This document shows, piece by piece, positions 1-12,736 of a stretch of 64,000 bases of DNA. This DNA comes from Cystobasidiomycetes sp. EMM_F5 (Eukaryota). Position numbers and translations under genes: made by a program. Location: contig JBPGPT010000008.1 in NCBI GenBank assembly GCA_051047955.1, forward strand, positions 186,001 through 250,000, written 5' to 3'. The notes under the pieces are model-generated. The model had not been told where the DNA came from and made no database searches. It saw nothing but the letters and a program-made list of their open reading frames with translations. The stretch's first letter is position 1. Each line of letters opens with the position of its first letter.

Positions 1-294
1 CTACCCCTTATACGATGGATCCTGGCTCAATTTGCAACGCACCCGCTTCACCACCCGCTTCTTTGACTTTAGTATCCGAGCTGTCAGCTGCCTTGCAACG
101 CGCTGGTCGTGGTAATCCTGCTCGAGGAGGTCGTCCTGGGTGACTGCTGATGTTGAAGCGAAACTCGACGAGCACCGGGCGGGGAGATGGCTTCCGAGTC
201 GGCTCTCGAGGTGGTCATGATGATGATGATGATATCTGGTCACAGCTCTGAAGCGGCTGCAGCATTTTGCAGCTCGTAGGTATATGGTTTCCAT
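1..294 (-). CDS. 5' part of an unidentified gene, probably continuing beyond the window; N-terminus resembles a mitochondrial presequence
   Basis: ATG at 294, Arg/Ser-rich N-terminus (METIYLRAAKCCSRFRAVTRY). The ORF ends at the window edge at G|GTAG, a possible donor. No domain recognised. Confidence 0.4.
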   Translation of the reverse strand: METIYLRAAKCCSRFRAVTRYHHHHHDHLESRLGSHLPARCSSSFASTSAVTQDDLLEQDYHDQRVARQLTARILKSKKRVVKRVRCKLSQDPSYKG

Positions 295-358
295 ACTTCA
301 GATTGGTCAAGTAATTGAACAAGAAGCGACTTTAGAACTGCTCGGATACGGGACAAAT

Positions 359-1559
359 ATGTTGAAAAGTGTTATTACTACCGCTCATCAAACATGGCAT
401 CCTACATCAAGGCTGGCGGTCATCCTACGCAATCGCACTCAATGCCGTCACTTTCGGACTTTGTCAACGAGGTCATTTACCCCAAAAGTGGTCCCAAGGG
501 TGGCCTTGAATTCGCTAACGACAGACACTTCTGTCCAAGAATTCATGCAAAGAGCTAGGGAAACGCCCATTCACATCGTTCCGGGCTCATCTGGCACTTC
601 TCAAGATTACGGCGCAGTGCTGCGGGATTTGGCTGACGACCCGGACGCGTCGCAGTGCGTAGTAGAGCTCGAGGTCGGACGCTACGACAAGGACGTTCAG
701 AAAGTGCAACTGCCGCTGTCCTTCTACCTGGATTGGCTCGTTCGAGGCGACGAGTCTGGCCAGATGAACGGAAAGCAGGTCTATCTTGCTCAATGGCGTG
801 GTCTTCAGGATGTCAGTTAGATTCACACAGCTTTTCATGTAGCTCGCTGATCGATCCAGCAGATACCCGCACTCCGGCAAAGCCTTGGCCCGCCCAGTTT
901 TCTGCAGACACTGTGAGTACATGTTCCTGCAGGCACATGCATATCGCACTTACAACGATGATTGCTCGCAGATTTGATGGCGGGACAGCTGATCTGTACC
1001 AAGCTTCGTGCTTTGTCGGACCATCTGGAGCTGTTAGTCGAAGTTATCACTATCTCGGCATAGCCAAGCTGATGTTGCCTCGGATCCGCAGATGACTCCC
1101 CTGCACTACGATCCATACGTCAATCTGTTTCGCCTAGCAGACTGCAGTGATGCAACGGCGGGCAAGCATTTCACTATCTTGCCCCCTTCCCCATCGGTAT
1201 CGGCAATCTTGTCGAGAGGAGGGAGTGGGCATTTGCAGAATACATCGCCGGTCGAGCTCGAATTGTGCGGTCGTCTGCAAGAAGGTCACGTTGACGATGT
1301 CATAATGTCGCCAGATTCGCCAAGCCGCTCACACTTCGACACGATTGCCGGAGAAGCATTTGGTGTCACGCTCAGAAAGGGCGAAATGCTGCTACTTCCA
1401 CATAGATGGTGGCATCGAGTCCAGAACCTCGGCAGTAAGCAGAGCTGGACTGCAGGTGTCGGGTATTGGTTTCGTTTCAGGGAAAACACGTCTGCGGCAG
1501 TCTTGCATACGCCTCATACGACAAGCATCAAGGAGCCTCGAGTGCGCCAGATTTCGTAG
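359..1559 (+). CDS. JmjC-domain 2-oxoglutarate/Fe(II) oxygenase (JMJD5/cupin-8-like), 3 introns
   Basis: Spliced product contains YLAQW, FVGPSGA|MTPLHYDPYVNLF (HxD) and LRKGEMLLLPHRWWHRVQN (distal His). GT-AG introns start near 812, 913 and 1033. Confidence 0.85.
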
Positions 1560-1956
1560 CCGGGGCACCAACAACGGCACACTTGGTGTCTTGACTACCC
1601 TACGACGCTTCTCCCTCCCTTCTGTCCAGCTGTAAAGTGTCAGGAATGCAGCTTCACTTGACGCGACCTCAGTTTTCGATCACTTTGAGGCGCGTGCCAG
1701 GCAGCTTGAAAGAGATATATCTTCAAAAGTCCTCCACGACCAGCTCTGGCAACATACGATAGTCCGAGAAGACTCTTCGAACTGACTGTCGCCGTGTTTG
1801 TGCAATTTTACGCTGCTTCAATAAGCTTCAACGGCTCGACGTACACCCCACCCCGCTTCAGCCGTTGATCAATAGCAGGCACGCGTCTGTCACAAAACGA
1901 GAGAGGGTCAAAGAGACGTGCAGATGCTATTGTGTCCACGCGAGGTATAGGAGACA

Positions 1957-4561
1957 ATGGCGAGGAATACGCAGTATCAGGGCGACAGCATCTACGATGA
2001 CTACCTCGGAACAAGCGGACCGAGGTCTTCGACGGCGACCAGCAGCGGTTCAGGTGGCACCTCGTACCTCTCTGCTGCGCAGCCGCCAGTACCTCGAGTA
2101 GTTGTCGGTCGCTCCAACGCTACCAGCATGGCAGACACCGCATCCGTGTATACTGAAGGAACATCGCCGTACGAGCGATGGAGCCTTGAACAAGGCTTGA
2201 TGGCTATGGATTCACACGCTTTACAGATTCCACCAGTCGAGACAACACCGTCCTGCACGGCCTTGCCGACCTCTTCAGATTCCGTCAGACATTCTCTCTC
2301 GTCGCGCACTTCTTCCGACGCGACGTTACAGCCAAAACATGGCGAAGCTATGGCCAGAGGCGAGGGATCTTCACAATCAGCACCTTCGCTTGTTCCCAAT
2401 CAGAACGTTCGAAGGCACTTCTCGCGACCATTGTGAGTATCGCATTGCAAATTGTGACATAGATTTCGTCAGTTCGAGCTTATGCCTGCCTCCACACACA
2501 GCAGACCTGAAATGGCGTCCAACAAGTCCCCAGAACCATCATCTACACTGCCAACGATAGCTATTCAGCGCTTAAGCGGAAGCAGTCCAGAAGTTTATCA
2601 AGGAACTGATAACGATAGTCCGAGCGAGATGCGCTTTGCAGTCAACCGTGAATCTACGTACTCTCAAGAAAGCGCTCGGCGTTCGACAACAGGTCATCTG
2701 CGCCGACGGTCTGCGCCAATAGGAAAAGCCGTGGATGATGAAGACGCTTTTGCTGGCGATAATGACAGAGACTCGATGCATTCGGTCAAGAAGGCGTTGG
2801 CGGCGCGGCATATGCACAACATATCGCTACCAAGGATGTCTATCGCAGACTCTGAACCAGCTATGGCGGAAAAACCTGCAGCGTTTAATCCCAATCGGCC
2901 TTTCTCTCAATCTAATACGTACCCATTCAGCACTTCCGCCAATGCTTTCGGGACCGCACGAACACTCAATCACAAGCCCTCCTCTCGCTTCTCGGAGGAT
3001 GAGAAAGGGGCGCCTACGCCCGGGCTTAATTATCTCCATATGTCGTCGGATAATGATCTTCAAGCTAGCACTTGGAACTTGTTCGGACGAGGCCCTAACA
3101 CAGACAAAGTTTGGGTTCAGGGTACTGGGGGCGCAATTCCCATGTCTCGTCAGGAGATCAAGCAGGCCGTGGCAGGCAAGAGGCGGAGGAGATGGTTCAT
3201 CATACTCATGGTCTTGCTGGCTGTGGCTGTTCTAGGAGGTGCAGGTGCAGGCGTAGGTATCTGGCGCATGAACGTCTCGAAGCAAAATTCTGCTGGGTCT
3301 CACGCGCTGAGCGATTCAGCTGTAACGGCGACAATTGGTGCCAGTGCCGCTGCGCCGAGCGCTAGCAATGCTGCAAATGCCGCTGTGGGCAACAACGGCG
3401 TCAATGAGATATCAAGTGCAGTCAATGCACCTGTACGTACTGTAACAAATGTTAGCGCCGGAGCGGGTGGAGCAGGCGGATATTACTCAATGGTGGCGCT
3501 GGGCGGGAGTTATGCAGGTAAGTCAACAGTACGAACCTGCCTCCAACCTCGCTAATGTTTGTCTTTCAGACAACGGTCACTGGCGCAGCGACGCCTACAA
3601 ATGGACGTTGCAAACGGGACAGTATTCTGGTGGCCGATCAAGCGATGGTCCAGTCTACACAGAATACCTCTCAAGCCTTGTTGGACCGAAAGCGAATCAA
3701 TCTGCAATTCTGTTCGATTACGCATATTCAGGAGCTTCAACAAACAACAGCGTCACGACGTATTCCATTCCGGATATGCCGCAACAAGTCAGCACATATC
3801 TCGGTGACCTTGCTGGTGGGAACGCAACAATAGCTGCCACAGCCGGCAAGAAGACTCTGATCACTGTGTGGGCTGGTATGTGCTATAGTATCCGCCAGTC
3901 GTAGTCCTACTGACATAATGCGCACAAGGTATGGAAGAAATCGTTACTATATGGCAAGCTGCAATTTCGGCCAATCCTGGCAATCCGGAACCCTATGCAA
4001 TCGGGCTCGTTCAGCGGATGCTTTCAAGCATGTCGACTTGTCTAAACTGGCTCATCCCGGACAAGGCAACGAGCGATGCACGGCCAGACTTTGCTCTTCT
4101 GAGCCTGCCACAAGGCGACTTATTGCCGGAGGCATCGGGTCTTGGGAGCGGCAATGCGTTCTACATTGCTGTCCTCAAGAACATGACCCTGGCTTTCAAT
4201 AATGGCTTGTCGCAGGTAGCTACCAATCTCAATCGGTCGACAGTGCATATAATGTCTATTCAAGGGTGCGCTGCGAGGATGATGTCATAAGACGCGACAC
4301 TGACATGTCTAACGCGGTCTTGCAGGCTTTTCAATGCTGTCCATACGTCACCAGCGCCCGTGAGTCAGGATTTTATATATTTGGCAAGCATATAGCAGCT
4401 GACAATGACTGCAGTATGGCTTGCAAAACGCAAATTCTGCGTGCACTACAGATAAATGCAATGACGCCAGCAAGTACATGTGGTTTGACGGCCTAAATCC
4501 GACGACTGCGATGCACAAGCTGGTTGCCAATCGGGTTGCAGCAACAATTTTAAATAGCTGA
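1957..4561 (+). CDS. Type II membrane protein with a C-terminal SGNH/GDSL (CE16-like) domain with degenerate catalytic motifs
   Basis: Disordered N-terminus, then RRRR plus TM helix WFIILMVLLAVAVLGGAGAGVGIW, then ALGGSYA|DNG, GGRSSDGPVYTEYL, DYAYSGA, VWAG|MEE and YMWFDGLNPTTAMHKLVA. Stop at 4559-4561. Confidence 0.75.
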
Positions 4562-4807
4562 AGCTGCCTTCTGCATGTGCGTGCGCGCGTTAATCTTTCA
4601 TCAGTACCCTTAGACCTTCAAGCAAGGCGTGTATCCATATCAGTTTTCGGCATTCTTTGCGGTGCGAGTCACCAGCCTGAGTTAATTACAACGGCGTTGT
4701 TGCAGAAGGGAGTACTTGAGGAATCAACTGGCTACTACGGAGTTTCTCCCAGCATGAAGATCGGAAGTATTATTTCATTCAATGATACGTGACTCGTCTC
4801 ATGTCAC

Positions 4808-4838
4808 CTCGTCTCGTCTCGTCTCGTCTCATCTCGTC
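4808..4838. repeat. (GTCTC)n pentanucleotide microsatellite between convergent genes
   Basis: ctc gtctc gtctc gtctc gtctc atctc gtc. Confidence 0.8.
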
Positions 4839-4929
4839 GACGTGCGTCATATATTATGTTCTTTGCGTGAAGTTCGTAAGCGGAAGCGTAAAACTTGTCT
4901 GGAGTAGTTGTGAAGAGATTAGCGTGTGG

Positions 4930-5586
4930 CTATATGAAAGTCCATCTGCGGAACGTTGTTTGAGCCTAAAGACGTATTGGTATGTACTAGAACATAGGCT
5001 TACTCGATGCTAACAACGCCCTGTGACTCAGGAGCCAGATCGGAGAAGGCAGCGGGCGACAGATCCAGATCTCCATAATTGCAGCCTGGACAGGCATCTG
5101 CGACAGATACGTGTGAGTAACTTCGTTCAAGCTCTTTTAAATATGGCGCAAGTACTAACCCTGTACCGTTGCGACAGTCTGAGCGCCAGTAGCGGTGTTC
5201 TTGATTCTGATCTTGTGACCACAATGCGAAGACGGCTGTCCCATATTGCCATACTGGTTGGAATTGAGCGCAGCGATGCGGTCTGTAGACGTTGCCGACC
5301 AGCCACATGCACCTAAAAGACAAGAAAGATGAGGTTTCTCCAGGAAGCGGGAAATCAATGCTCAAATACCTTGTCCGGGCTCGAAGTAAGTTCCTCTGCC
5401 ATAGAAGTCGCGCTTCTGCAGTAGTGAAGATGCTTCATTGCTCGAAGTCATCGAATCGACAGCGGATCTCGGGAGACGAATCATGCGACCCGAATCCAGA
5501 CTGTCCGCTTGCGGGCTTATCGCAAGCAGGCCAGGCAGCGCCATGATTGTCGCGAGTATCGTAAAGGTCGTGAAGAAGGATTGCAT
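4930..5586 (-). CDS. Secreted RlpA-like double-psi beta-barrel (expansin/loosenin-like) protein
   Basis: Signal peptide MQSFFTTFTILATIMALPGLLA, KR site, then GRGTYFEPGQG|ACG...IAALN...CGHKIRI...VQ|DACPGCNYGDLDLSPAAFSDLA...GVVSIE|WTFI*. 3 introns. Confidence 0.88.
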
Positions 5587-5841
5587 GATTTCGTTCGTAA
5601 TTTGTCGTTGATAACCCGCCTTCTCCTGTTGTTCCCCACTGCTGCCCAAATTTCCCGGCTCGTGCACCCTCCCCTCCAATATGACTAAGTCGTAGCGAAG
5701 CGAAGGGCATAGCCAGAGTACTGTGCGCCTCTCCCTTCTTTTTGCATGATGGACTCATAAGGGCGTGATGGCGGGAGCGTGTCAGCTCGGTAGATGTTCA
5801 TAGCTTTGGCACCGCATAGTGGAAAGTGACGTGATGATGCA

Positions 5842-7067
5842 TCATGCAGGTAGACAAGCAGGATGGAAAGGTTGCCAAACTCCACTGGATATGCTTTCTT
5901 TTGGCTTTTCGGATGGCCTGCTTGGCACAGCGCGATGCGCTCGAGCTGTCGGAGGAAGAAGCGTGACGGGATGAAGTACCCGTGAACATGTGAAGGCAGA
6001 GCAAGCTTTGTCGTGTGTGTCTGCGTACGACGACAGTAGAGACTGAATGAAGACCCGCCATCCTAAGCATCAGTCTGATGCTACTTGACGAAGGAACGGG
6101 CTAATATGAGACGTACAATGATGCACTCTACGTTGAGAGAGTGGGCTCGCGACGCTCTTCGCACAGCCTGACTAGCCTGTATGCTGATGTCTCGCCAGAT
6201 GGCATAATCCGAAGCTTCGTACGCTCGTTTCTGCGAGAAGTAAGGCGCACCGGGTCTCAGCGTATGCACATAGCGTGACTGCAGTCACAAACCTTCTCGT
6301 CGACATGTGTAGCTGATATTCGCTGAAACGCTAATTTCCCGTCCGGATCATGCACAATAAAGACGTAGAATTGTGCTTTGCCTGCGAGAACTATGCCAAG
6401 CACGAGCTGCCGCTGTCCAGAAGGTGGATGAGACAGTTCTACACCTTTATACGTGACTATGACGGCATTCAATCTGTCATTGAGCTCTGCTTTGTCTCTG
6501 GGAGGGGAAGTTGCGCTTTCGGGATATGGAATGGAGGTGTACAGCGGTGCAGCCTGGGAGGACGAGGAGATGTGACGATGCGTGTACGGATTCTTTCGAC
6601 TGCTCATCGTTCGTAATACTCAGCCATGCTCTGATTATATCGATTTGCAAACGTACATTCTGTCTGGAAGAGGCGCAGCGCCATGTTCTTGCAGGAACCT
6701 CGCCAGGAAGCGTGCAATACGGTCTATACAGTATACAAACAAATTTCAGGTATTGCACTGCTTTCGCACAGACGGTTTCTAAGCTGGAACTTTGCGACTG
6801 GACGTTCCGCTAATCTCTCTACGTACCCTGCGAGCCATTCAAATGAGCCTGCAAGTTGTTCAAGCTGTCCTCTGCGCGAGCTACGCTGTGTCGATATTCT
6901 CTGATCCGGTCATCGTGTGCCCCGCCTGGCACTTTTGAACGGACTACCGCTGGCAGGGCATACCGGGCAGCGTCGAGCTTGCGGAGGAGCATATCGACAT
7001 TTTCCAAGTCTGCAAGGGTAGCAGGAGTGACGGGCTCATTGTGCGACGGCGCATCGTCGACTTGCAT
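5842..7067 (-). CDS. MED27: Mediator subunit Med27-like protein
   Basis: Helical N-terminus. The last exon reads SLLSSYADTHDKACSAFTCSRVLHPVTLLPPTAR...WQPFHPAC*, matching the Med27 C-terminal SY..C..C..LPP..R..HxxC zinc motif. About 4 introns. Confidence 0.7.
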
Positions 7068-7228
7068 TGTAATCACCGTTCAGAAGGAAACGGTCGCAGC
7101 ATACGCTTTTAGGATTTATACAGAAAACAGCGACTTGCGAAGAAAAATACAGAAAAGGCTTGCACGGCGTACGCGGAATGGATCGCTTTGACCGGCATTT
7201 TGGTATTCGAAAACTTCTACTGCTCGCT

Positions 7229-7857
7229 TCAGCCCATTCTCCCACCTCGTCCGCGTCCAGCTCCCCGGTCTCCTCGTCCTCTGCGATCTTGAGAGGGATG
7301 CAGTATCATTAGCATTTTCAAGGCAAATGCTGCATAGCGTCTCTGACTTACTCGCTGCACGCTGGATAGTCGCACGCCCTCTTGCAGACCCGATACCTCT
7401 ACCTCTCATTGCGTTGGCACCAATTCGCTTGAACCTGTCGAAGCACGTACTCAGTTCTGAGTACTGCCTTCTAATCATCCCGCGTGACTCACATTGGCGC
7501 ATTCGCCAGCATATCTGGGACGATATAGAAGCGGATCATAGGCCCGCGAATGTAGACTTGGTCTAGCTGTGTGACTCGCCCGTCCCTTTGCGTGACGGTG
7601 ATGTCTTTTAACGAGACATTGAGGTTGTCCTCGGCTATGTATAAGATCATTAAAGTTGTCAGTCGATTCCTCCAGCATCCTGCGAGACTGCGCCCACCCT
7701 CAAACAGCTTTCCGCGATACACCTGGCCAGTCTTGAGCTCGACGGTGATGATATGCCCTAGTGACTCCTGTAAGAGTCTACATGTGCAACAGAGTCAGTC
7801 TCTACTCCTCGTTTGACGATTATGCGCCCACTTTGTCGGCACTCCGATTGTCGACAT
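7229..7857 (-). CDS. SMD3: Small nuclear ribonucleoprotein Sm D3
   Basis: [86 protein letters not shown]... with an RG-rich tail. Confidence 0.96.
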
Positions 7858-9375
7858 GTTCTAGGATGGATCCTCGAGTAGAATTCGATATTGCCAGGCT
7901 TCGACGGCTAGGCGAGAGAAATTGATGGTAATTGCCGGAGACTACACCCAATATCACAGAGTTACGCAACAGAATCAGATGTACAGTCTCGGTGTGAGCT
8001 CAACCAGGCCAGCGTGAGCTGCAGAGTCTCGTTAGGAAAGTCGATCAAGCAGTTCAGCCAAACGTATGTTACAAGTTTCATCCGCTTTGCTTTCGACCAT
8101 GCTCGACTGCTCATGTTGCTATACTGTCACACGCCGACGTGGACTTCTGTTGCTATGGCTTTATACGGATAGAAACACTTCCTGCAAATTGGGTACAGCC
8201 GTGATAGTTGGTAGATGATTCTGCAGGCCAGCTTCAAGAGCTTTCAAGACGCTCCCATCACCCGGTCCCTCTGGTATAAGTATAAGAATGCGCAATAGCC
8301 CAATATGCGTGCGCCAATGCGGCGTCGTAATCATTCATTGTTGTACCAGAAACCGGGCTGCAGCTTAACGAGCAACGAAAACTATGCCTCGATGAAAAGT
8401 ACCGCTGTCTGCATCGTTGATGTCACTGTGCACTGCATGCCCGGCTATCGTATAGCTTCCTCACATTTGAGCCCGCGCTTTGATGCCTGCCTGCAACAAA
8501 GCGCCAAAAAGAAGCTGCGACGGGTAGAATAACGATAAAAAGACAAACGATAGGATTGGGAGGTTGATTGGAAGAATGGATGCGCCACGCGGTATAATAC
8601 TGGGGGTGTCGCTGGCTGCGGCGAGGCTTTCAGCGTGCTCTGGGAAGCCAGCACTGACCGCTTGGTGATTTTGAGTGTAGTTCAAGGGAAAGGCTGATGT
8701 GACGAGATGAGGCTTGCAGCTGATACTAAGAGGGCGACTGAAGGACGTCTTGATGGTCTGATGCTGATCCTGCAGTTCTGGAGGCGTTCTATGTCAGCGA
8801 CGATATGGACACACCTCTGATGGGAGGACAGCCAGGAGGATATCAAAAAGAAGACATATCAGCATTCCAAAGTCCCTTCTACATTCGTACTGGAACCTTC
8901 TGAGCAGTCTCAGCTCACTTCGAGGTGTATACTTGGTATCGCCACATAGGAGGTTGTAGCAGAGCTCAAGCACCGAAGATTTGCAATACTTCATCAAGCA
9001 GGAATGAAAGGAGCTTCTCTACACTAGCTCTCCGCGAGTATCACTCCTTCGCGTCTCCACCTCCCAGTCGCGCTTTCATGCACACATCTCCTGGCCCTGC
9101 TACACCCCCTGAACCCAGTTTTGAACCTCCTGGACAATTTTGACGCTTGCTGAGCGAGCAGATCTGCATTATTGCGCTATAGACTACCACAATATCCTGC
9201 CTCTCTTTCTCTCGTTCCTCCCGACTCGTCTTGACTTCCAGACTGCCAGCAAGGTATCCTCAGAATAGCGACAGTGGTCGATACTGTCTCTCCAGTCCCG
9301 AAGTGGTGGGACTCGTACAGCGCTTGGAGGCAATAGTGCAGTGTCTTGAACGGAGGAATACGGAGCACAACAGAG

Positions 9376-9676
9376 GTGAGTCGCATCGTCCTTGTTCAAC
9401 TATCTATCACCCTGACGATACTCATGCCCCCTGTGTACCGTTTCTGCCATTCTCGCAAAAACACGACATCGGCTGCTGGTACCGGTTCGCTGCATCACAT
9501 GTCTATTTGGGACATGATGTTTACGGGTCCGCCTCTTTCCACGCCTGCCTCTCTGCTGGATATTCGATCCGCTATCTGCCAGGCACGACTGAAAACAACG
9601 GCTGGTCGCAATCTGTCTTCGCCTTCTGGAATACGCTGTCACTCCATCTCAACGTCTCACTCACTTGCATCACAAG
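9376..9676 (+). other. Putative 5'-UTR intron of the kinase gene, with possible 3' splice sites at 9582 and 9676
   Basis: Donor AG|GTGAGT at 9376. Only one AG between 9381 and 9674. Branch-like CCTGAC at 9411 and CTCAC near 9656-9664. Confidence 0.5.
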
Positions 9677-9697
9677 GCTCGACTAAGCGGCTCCGCC

Positions 9698-11914
9698 ATG
9701 CCTATCGATAGGATGTCACTACCTCCGCTATCCCGCTCTGACCCCTTCTCGGACGCTGTGATGGCCGCCATCAAGATGGACAAGGTCACTCTGCAATCTT
9801 CACCTCCCCAGTCTCTAGTTGCATCCGGTATGGTTGGGTCGCGCCTCGAAGAGTCGCCAGACAGCTTGGCGACTTCGATGTCGTCCAGCCAATCTGGTGC
9901 CTCTTTGTCGTCCATCGAGTCGCTTCCCCTTCCATCGCCTACTATCGGTCGCGGTGCTGGCATCCGCATCTCTGCAGCACTCGAGCGAGCTAATCGAGCA
10001 GCTGCAAATCTCAAGCCTGGCCAGCAGCTCAACATTGCCGCCTTTGCTCAGCCGTTCAAGGGTCTCAAGTCTGGTCTGCGCTTCTCTCGTGATATGGGCA
10101 ATGGCAACAAGGCAAAGATTACCTCTCTGAATCTTGCAAATGTCAATACTGGTTACCTGGACAAGTCCACCTATATCGAGACTCTGCCTACCCCTCTTCA
10201 TAATCCTCCAACTCCGCTTTCCCACCCTGGCGCATTGTCTCCATCCAGCAAGGATCAGAGCGTCAAGCATCCTGCTCTACAAGCTCTCCAGCTGACTCGA
10301 GGCGATGGTAGCAAGGACATCCCTTCTCCGTTTGCTCTGCAGGCCAATCAGCCAAAGGACTACATTGGCTATTCTCTGGACATCAGCGCAGATGGACACG
10401 CTACTATCAAGGCTCCAAAGTCGGCTTTTGCATCGTCAACCTCTTCTCATATGTCTGTGGACGACAACCGAGATGACCGAACTTTGCGACCAATTGCTGA
10501 AGGAGACTCTGTCGATTCGTCCAGTACGACTCCTACTCCGAGCACCCCTCCTGTCCCAGTCCTAGAGAAGCACCCTCTGCCCGCCTCGGCACGGTACATG
10601 GAGGAACGTGGTCTTTTGCCAGAGTTTGCAGAACAATATGACATGCTCGATGAGCTGGGCTCTGGCGGATTTGGCTTTGTCATTCGCGCAAGAAGACGAC
10701 GTGACGGGCTTATTGTTGCAGTCAAGTTCATTATGCGCAACAAGGTGAGATTTTTACTTCTAATTATCAGTATATGCCTGGCTGAAACATGTTACGTCTC
10801 ATGCAGGTCCAATCCAACGGGTGGATTGCTGTGCCCGGCTGGAACAAGCTACCAAATGGCGAGAAGGACCCGGAGAAGACTGTGGTACCACTTGAAGCTT
10901 ACATCTTGCGACGCATCCGTCACCCAGGTGTGGTCGCGTTCTTGGACCTGCTCGAGGATGATCATGCCTTCTATCTCGTCATGGAGCATCACGGCACACC
11001 TTGGCTTGTTCCGGAACAGCCGGCAGGACGGATCAGCAGCGGACCAGCTAGTCTGGAAGCTACTTCATACAGCGACAGCAGTAGCAGTCCTACCTCTGCC
11101 TCGGGCGGTAGTGATAGTGGATCGAGTGTCGCGTCAAATGGCCCGCCCACGCCCAATTTGGCAGCAAGCCTGGCGCCACCACGTCCGGCTCCTATGCTGA
11201 GACGGTCTTCGTGCGACTTGTTTGAGTGCATTGAGAGACATAGTCGTCTTCCAGAAGATCAGGCAAAGTTTGTGTTTGCCCAGATTGTCGATGTAGTCAA
11301 TTACCTAGCCAGTTATGGCATCTATCATCGTGAGTCACGACTCTAACCAAAGCAAGTATGGGCATATATTGACGTGTATCCTATGTGCAGGCGATATCAA
11401 GGACGAGAACATCGTTGTCGACAAGAATTTCCGTGTGAAACTTATTGATTTTGGGTCGGCCATCTTTTACGATACACGCATGCCTCCTCCTTTCCACATG
11501 CGTTTCTACGGCGTGAGTTTCCGTCGCGCTGAATGGTGTACAGTTGACTGAAGCACGTCCATTACAGACCATCAATTTCGCATGCTCAGAAATTTTGGCT
11601 GGGCAACCATATCGCGCTCCCGAAGCTGAAGCTTGGTCGCTCGGTGTCCTCCTCTCAATCTTGCTTACAGGTGAAACGCCTTTCTCAAGCCACGATCAAG
11701 CGCTACGAGGTGAGTAGGACATTCCTGAGGATGCACGAATGTTGTGCTGAAGATTATCTCGGACTCAGGCCAAATCTCCAAATTGAAGGCACCTATTTCA
11801 AAAAGCGCATACAACCTTCTTGCTGGCTGCGTACGCGTTGATCCTGAAGAGCGCCTGACGTTGGCCGAGATTAAGCAGCATCCTTGGTTGGCATCGGCCT
11901 TTCTTCGCGATTGA
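9698..11914 (+). CDS. Ser/Thr protein kinase, CAMK/PASK-like, with no PAS domain seen and a Ser-rich insert
   Basis: LGSGGFGFV, VAVKFI, YLVMEHHG, CDLFECIE, HRDIKDENIVV, KLIDFGSA, FYGTINFACSEIL, WSLGVLL, HPWL. 4 introns. Confidence 0.92.
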
Positions 11915-12736
11915 GGTCCTGGCTGTCATATCCTGTACAGTCTCTAGTGCATCTGAGCAGAAGTTTATCAGAGAACTCCCCTTGCTCTGTGCATGTTCAA
12001 AATGATATAATCGCCAAGACTGTTCTATTCGCCGAAGAGCTCTTGACTATCGGTCTTCGTTCAAGCTGCCTCAAGCTATTCCGATTTCCGACTCTTCCTG
12101 GACTCATTGCTAGATTTCTTTCTGCGCCGCTAGGCAACTGCCGCTGCTATGCTTGCTTTTTCCGCTGCTCGAGTTGCGCTCCTACTGTTCTCCACCTTCT
12201 CGCACGAATGTAGACTCGCTTATGCCAGTTATCATGTCTATGTACACTTTCTTCGCATCGTTCAAACACAATCGTGTAGCCAGATAATGTTCGAGGCCAT
12301 CAATGCGCAGCGTTGTGTCTCCGCATGAGATGCCTTTGTAATCCATGAAAGCCAATGATTCCCAATTGAATGACTTTTTATCTGTTTCAAAATCTTTGAT
12401 TCCAGCCCGTCTCATCCTGAACAGAAGACTGCACGGCCCACCATAACGACGAGGAGGCTGCCGTATATTTCAAGCCATAATGACCGCGCCGATTCTGACG
12501 AATATGGCCAATCGCAACCCAACGAGCGATATTCGAGTCCAGACCCCAGGCAGCCACACTGTTGCATATTTCAATGGTCTAGACCTCACTTGCGGACCAC
12601 CATTCGCGCTCTCGTCGCCATTTGAAGGTAATTATTCATCGGGCTGACCAAGTGAAGACCCCGATATTGCAAAACTGGCTGTACAATGGTCACCATGGCA
12701 CAGTCAAGCTAATTCTCTTGACTCGAAGCTGACAGA

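Noticed and set aside
215..232. His run (HHHHHDH) as a metal-binding motif
   Set aside because: It is encoded by a short (TGA)n microsatellite in a presequence-like region.
7860..9050. Short ORFs in the long SMD3-kinase intergenic region
   Set aside because: No coding-like motifs or coherent exon chain. Treated as divergent promoter sequence.
9376..9676. TPP riboswitch in the kinase leader intron
   Set aside because: No CTGAGA or CTTGAT...TAAT...AGCG aptamer core is visible, and the gene is not thiamine-related.
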